59,803 nt of DNA from Nemertoderma westbladi. Its lineage: Eukaryota; Animalia; Xenacoelomorpha. The notes beneath the pieces were generated by a model. The model made no database searches, was not told the origin of the DNA, and worked only from the letters and a program-made list of their open reading frames with translations. Positions 56,996-59,803 of this stretch are shown piece after piece. Made by a program: the position numbers and the translations under genes. Positions within the stretch are counted from its first letter, which is position 1, and every line of letters starts with the position of its first letter. The stretch covers positions 1-59,803 of the forward strand of contig JAUCBJ010004928.1 of assembly GCA_032718475.1 (NCBI GenBank), read 5' to 3'.

Positions 56996-57675
56996 ATATA
57001 TTTATTGAAAGTTTTGTTTGAAAATCGTTACTTTTTTAAACTGCGCTCTATGAGGTGCAGTCAAATATTTTACCTACAATCTTTAATCGCGAGTATTTCG
57101 CAATTAAACCGACAAGCTGAATCTAGCATTTTGCATATACATACAGATAGACAGACAGACAGTACTGCATATAAATATGCAATGAATAAAAATCATTGAT
57201 GAGATTGTTCAGGATACAATTCCCAAGGGCAGCCTTGAAGGCTGTAAGAGAGCCTGCAGTGAATATCTTGCTAAAGCAGCAGTCTTATGCCCACGAGATA
57301 GCTTCAATCTCGCCCTATAAATAATTACAACTTAATTGAGTGTGGTTTATTATGAAACTGTAACCTGCGCTATTGACACCAGTTTATTGTTTTTGTTAGA
57401 ATTACATGCCACTGTAACCTGCTCCTTTCCCTTAATTGATAAATAACGAACGAATAATTACCAGGGGCCGACGATTTCACCAAACCGGAAGTTGATTTTC
57501 AACAGCACTTGGATTTCTTTTGAATGTTAAAGAAATCACAAATCAGACTGCCAAGTACTGTAGGGTTGAGCACAGTGGCAGCATATGATGGTATTGAAAG
57601 ATGGGAAGCCGTGAGTAGGTAAAATTGCGGATATAAAAGGTATCAGATAGTATTTCCAGGTCTATATTTTACCTG

Positions 57676-57748
57676 AGCCGCTAGCTGAATGGTTAGAGTG
57701 TCAGACTTCCAACTCGGAGGTCACCAGTTCAATCCCACCTAGACGTCA
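57676..57748 (+). mobile_element. tRNA-derived SINE head
   Basis: A box tagctgaatgg and B box agttcaatccc at tRNA-like spacing; stems degenerate. Confidence 0.5.
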
Positions 57749-58644
57749 TTCCGACTTTGCCAAAGCTGTGCCCAACAAAATTTCTAAAGAAATCATGGCG
57801 TCGACTATTCTGAGTACATTTAATGTATATTATATCAGCTGGACGTGGTTTTAAGTTTTAACCACCTGATTTATTATGAAAGTTCAAGTAGATTTATTTT
57901 ATAATATAGTTTATTCGATATATTTATTAATTTATAATTCATATATATATATATATATTTAATAACATTATAATAAATATAATTAATAATGGCATTGGCA
58001 ATCATGCTGACCATTGTGTGGATTGACTGTTGTATGAATGGAAATAATTGGTAGACAGACACCTTGTTTTTATATTTTCATACTGTTTTTATACTCGTCG
58101 CTTTCATAATGTTTTTAAAAGAACACACTGCAATCTGTGGAAAGCATTTTAGTTTAAATTATAATTGATTGTGATTTCGCTTTAATTATTTACCACAGTA
58201 CCGGTAGTTGATTGAGTACTTGTTAAAGGCAAACAATATTGTGATTGACGTCTTCGTATAATTCAGCTTCTTCAACTGCCCCACAATGTCTTTAAGTACG
58301 CCATTAATAATCAGATACATCGATAAATTAGCCATCATTTTGAGACAACATTTTCGTATTATGACAACCTCTTCCTCCATCTTCACAATTTCCTGAGACT
58401 GTCTGACTAAACAATGCCTACCCGGGTAAATATATTAACAAGAACACTTATAACCGTATAGAACTGGGATAAAGAGGTATAATTAATTTACCGTTAAAAA
58501 ATACAGTAAAATGTAAAAAGGAAAAAAAGTTGTTTAGTGCAATTATTTCAAAACCATTTATAAATCTTGAATTAATATTCAGTTTTTTCACATTTCATGG
58601 ATTAATTTGCATAAAAAAATATAATTCTAAATTAAGTTATTTTT

Positions 58645-59600
58645 CATTAGTTAGCAAGTCGTTAGACTTGATTACTGTAAGAAAAAAAAGCTACTGACTA
58701 CTGGCTACTGGCTACTGACTACTGGCTACTGGCTACTGACCTAGAGCAAAAACGGCTCTAACGATTTTGATGAAATTTTGCATGGACCATGAAAATGGAT
58801 TTCTAAGGGTACTTGTGAAATCGCGGTTTAAATTGAAACATCTCAACTTGTTTTATTTCGAAAAATAGCCCCAAAACACTAAAATTGCCATAGGCGCAAT
58901 GATAAAACACCAGCTGGCACTCATGAAAAATGTATAGAGATGGCCTGGTAATGCATTCAATAGGAAGGGACAACTAACAAAGAAGTACTTTCTGTGCCAA
59001 GTTTTATTATCACTCTACTATACAACCCAGACAGTAAGCAAACATTAATTTGTTTAACTGGCTATTACAGTTTCAGCTGAATAACTCTTCCCAATGCATC
59101 CTTACTATGTTAATTAATTGGCGTGCAAGCTAAATGACTGTTAGTTAAACAGTGCGTTGGCTACACAGTGTATTGTACTATGCTCTCATCGCATTATTGT
59201 TTTATTTTGAAATCTTTGTGCCAACATTAATACTGTGGAGGCTCTATGCTTATAAGGCTGAATATTTACTCAGCCTCAAAATGATTCTCCATAAGGCTAA
59301 CATTATTGTTTGAAATATAAAAATCTGTTATAATAATAATATAATTGTTATATTTAATTAATATCGTGGTTTACATTGAACAGTGTAAATTGTTAATCGC
59401 GGTTTACATTGAAACATCTCAACTGGTTTTATTTATTACAAAAATAAGAACGAATTTGTCTTATCACTTCTTGTGCGCGATTGTATTGAATTCATGACAA
59501 CTGCTGTTATTATTATTAATCAATTGACACCTCGACTCCTCTCTGAGACTCCGACTAGTCTATCCGATAGAATAAAATAATCATTTCGCTAACTGCTCTC
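58645..59600 (+). mobile_element. HINE/DINE-1-like (Helentron-associated) non-autonomous element with a (ctactg[a/g])n 7-mer microsatellite at 58690-58740
   Basis: ttagttagcaag start, microsatellite, conserved aacggctctaacgattttgatgaaattt core, tcgctaactg inverted subterminal near 59586. Confidence 0.5.
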
Positions 59601-59760
59601 TATCTTCTATAATCACAACAGCTTTTATAATTCATTAGATGATTACAACATAATAATTATAGTTTGAAGTTGTCTAGAAAAATTTTCGAACACCACCGGG
59701 ACTACCCTCACACTAATTGATTATTTTACTTGATTCGTACTGTCTCCTACGACTTGCTTC

Positions 59761-59785
59761 ACGGGCTGCTAGGCCCGTCTCTAGT
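59761..59785 (+). mobile_element. Helitron-like 3' end (hairpin plus CTAG|T)
   Basis: acgggc-tgctag-gcccgt hairpin followed by ctctagt. Confidence 0.4.
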
Positions 59786-59803
59786 ATAATGTTGCATTAA
59801 CTA

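Noticed and set aside
58194-58400. Candidate upstream or first SYNE1 coding exon (ORF 58186..58386 has a phase-1 G|GTAAAT donor compatible with 52073)
   Set aside because: No recognisable similarity to nesprin N-termini and no clear acceptor or promoter evidence; frame compatibility alone is weak.

Overview
AT-rich eukaryotic (invertebrate metazoan-type) genomic DNA, not prokaryotic. Most of the window is the 5' part of a minus-strand, intron-rich nesprin-1/SYNE1 (Msp300/ANC-1-like) gene. I traced 15 phase-compatible GT-AG exons (about 2.6 kb, about 870 codons: two calponin-homology domains, then spectrin repeats) from 52073 down to 897. The gene continues past the left edge, and its start exon was not identified. 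The introns are inflated by two large tandem arrays and by many degenerate transposons (CRE-like, RTE-like and CR1-like non-LTR elements, two Gypsy LTR elements, a solo LTR, Helitron/HINE-like elements, MITEs, and a probable CMC/CACTA-like element that holds other insertions). The most striking structure is a ~9.8 kb array of a 37-bp unit made of the last 28 nt of a coding exon plus the first 9 nt of its intron. The pre-mRNA therefore carries roughly 260 tandem consensus 5' splice sites (GAG|GTAAGT), and only the first keeps the reading frame. Also notable: a 22-bp duplication of the next exon's donor, a Gypsy primer-binding site matching a tRNA 5' end instead of the CCA end, an Ulp1-protease-bearing CRE-like retrotransposon, and a palindromic element built around a tRNA-like core. 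Family assignments come from motif recognition by eye; no database search was run.
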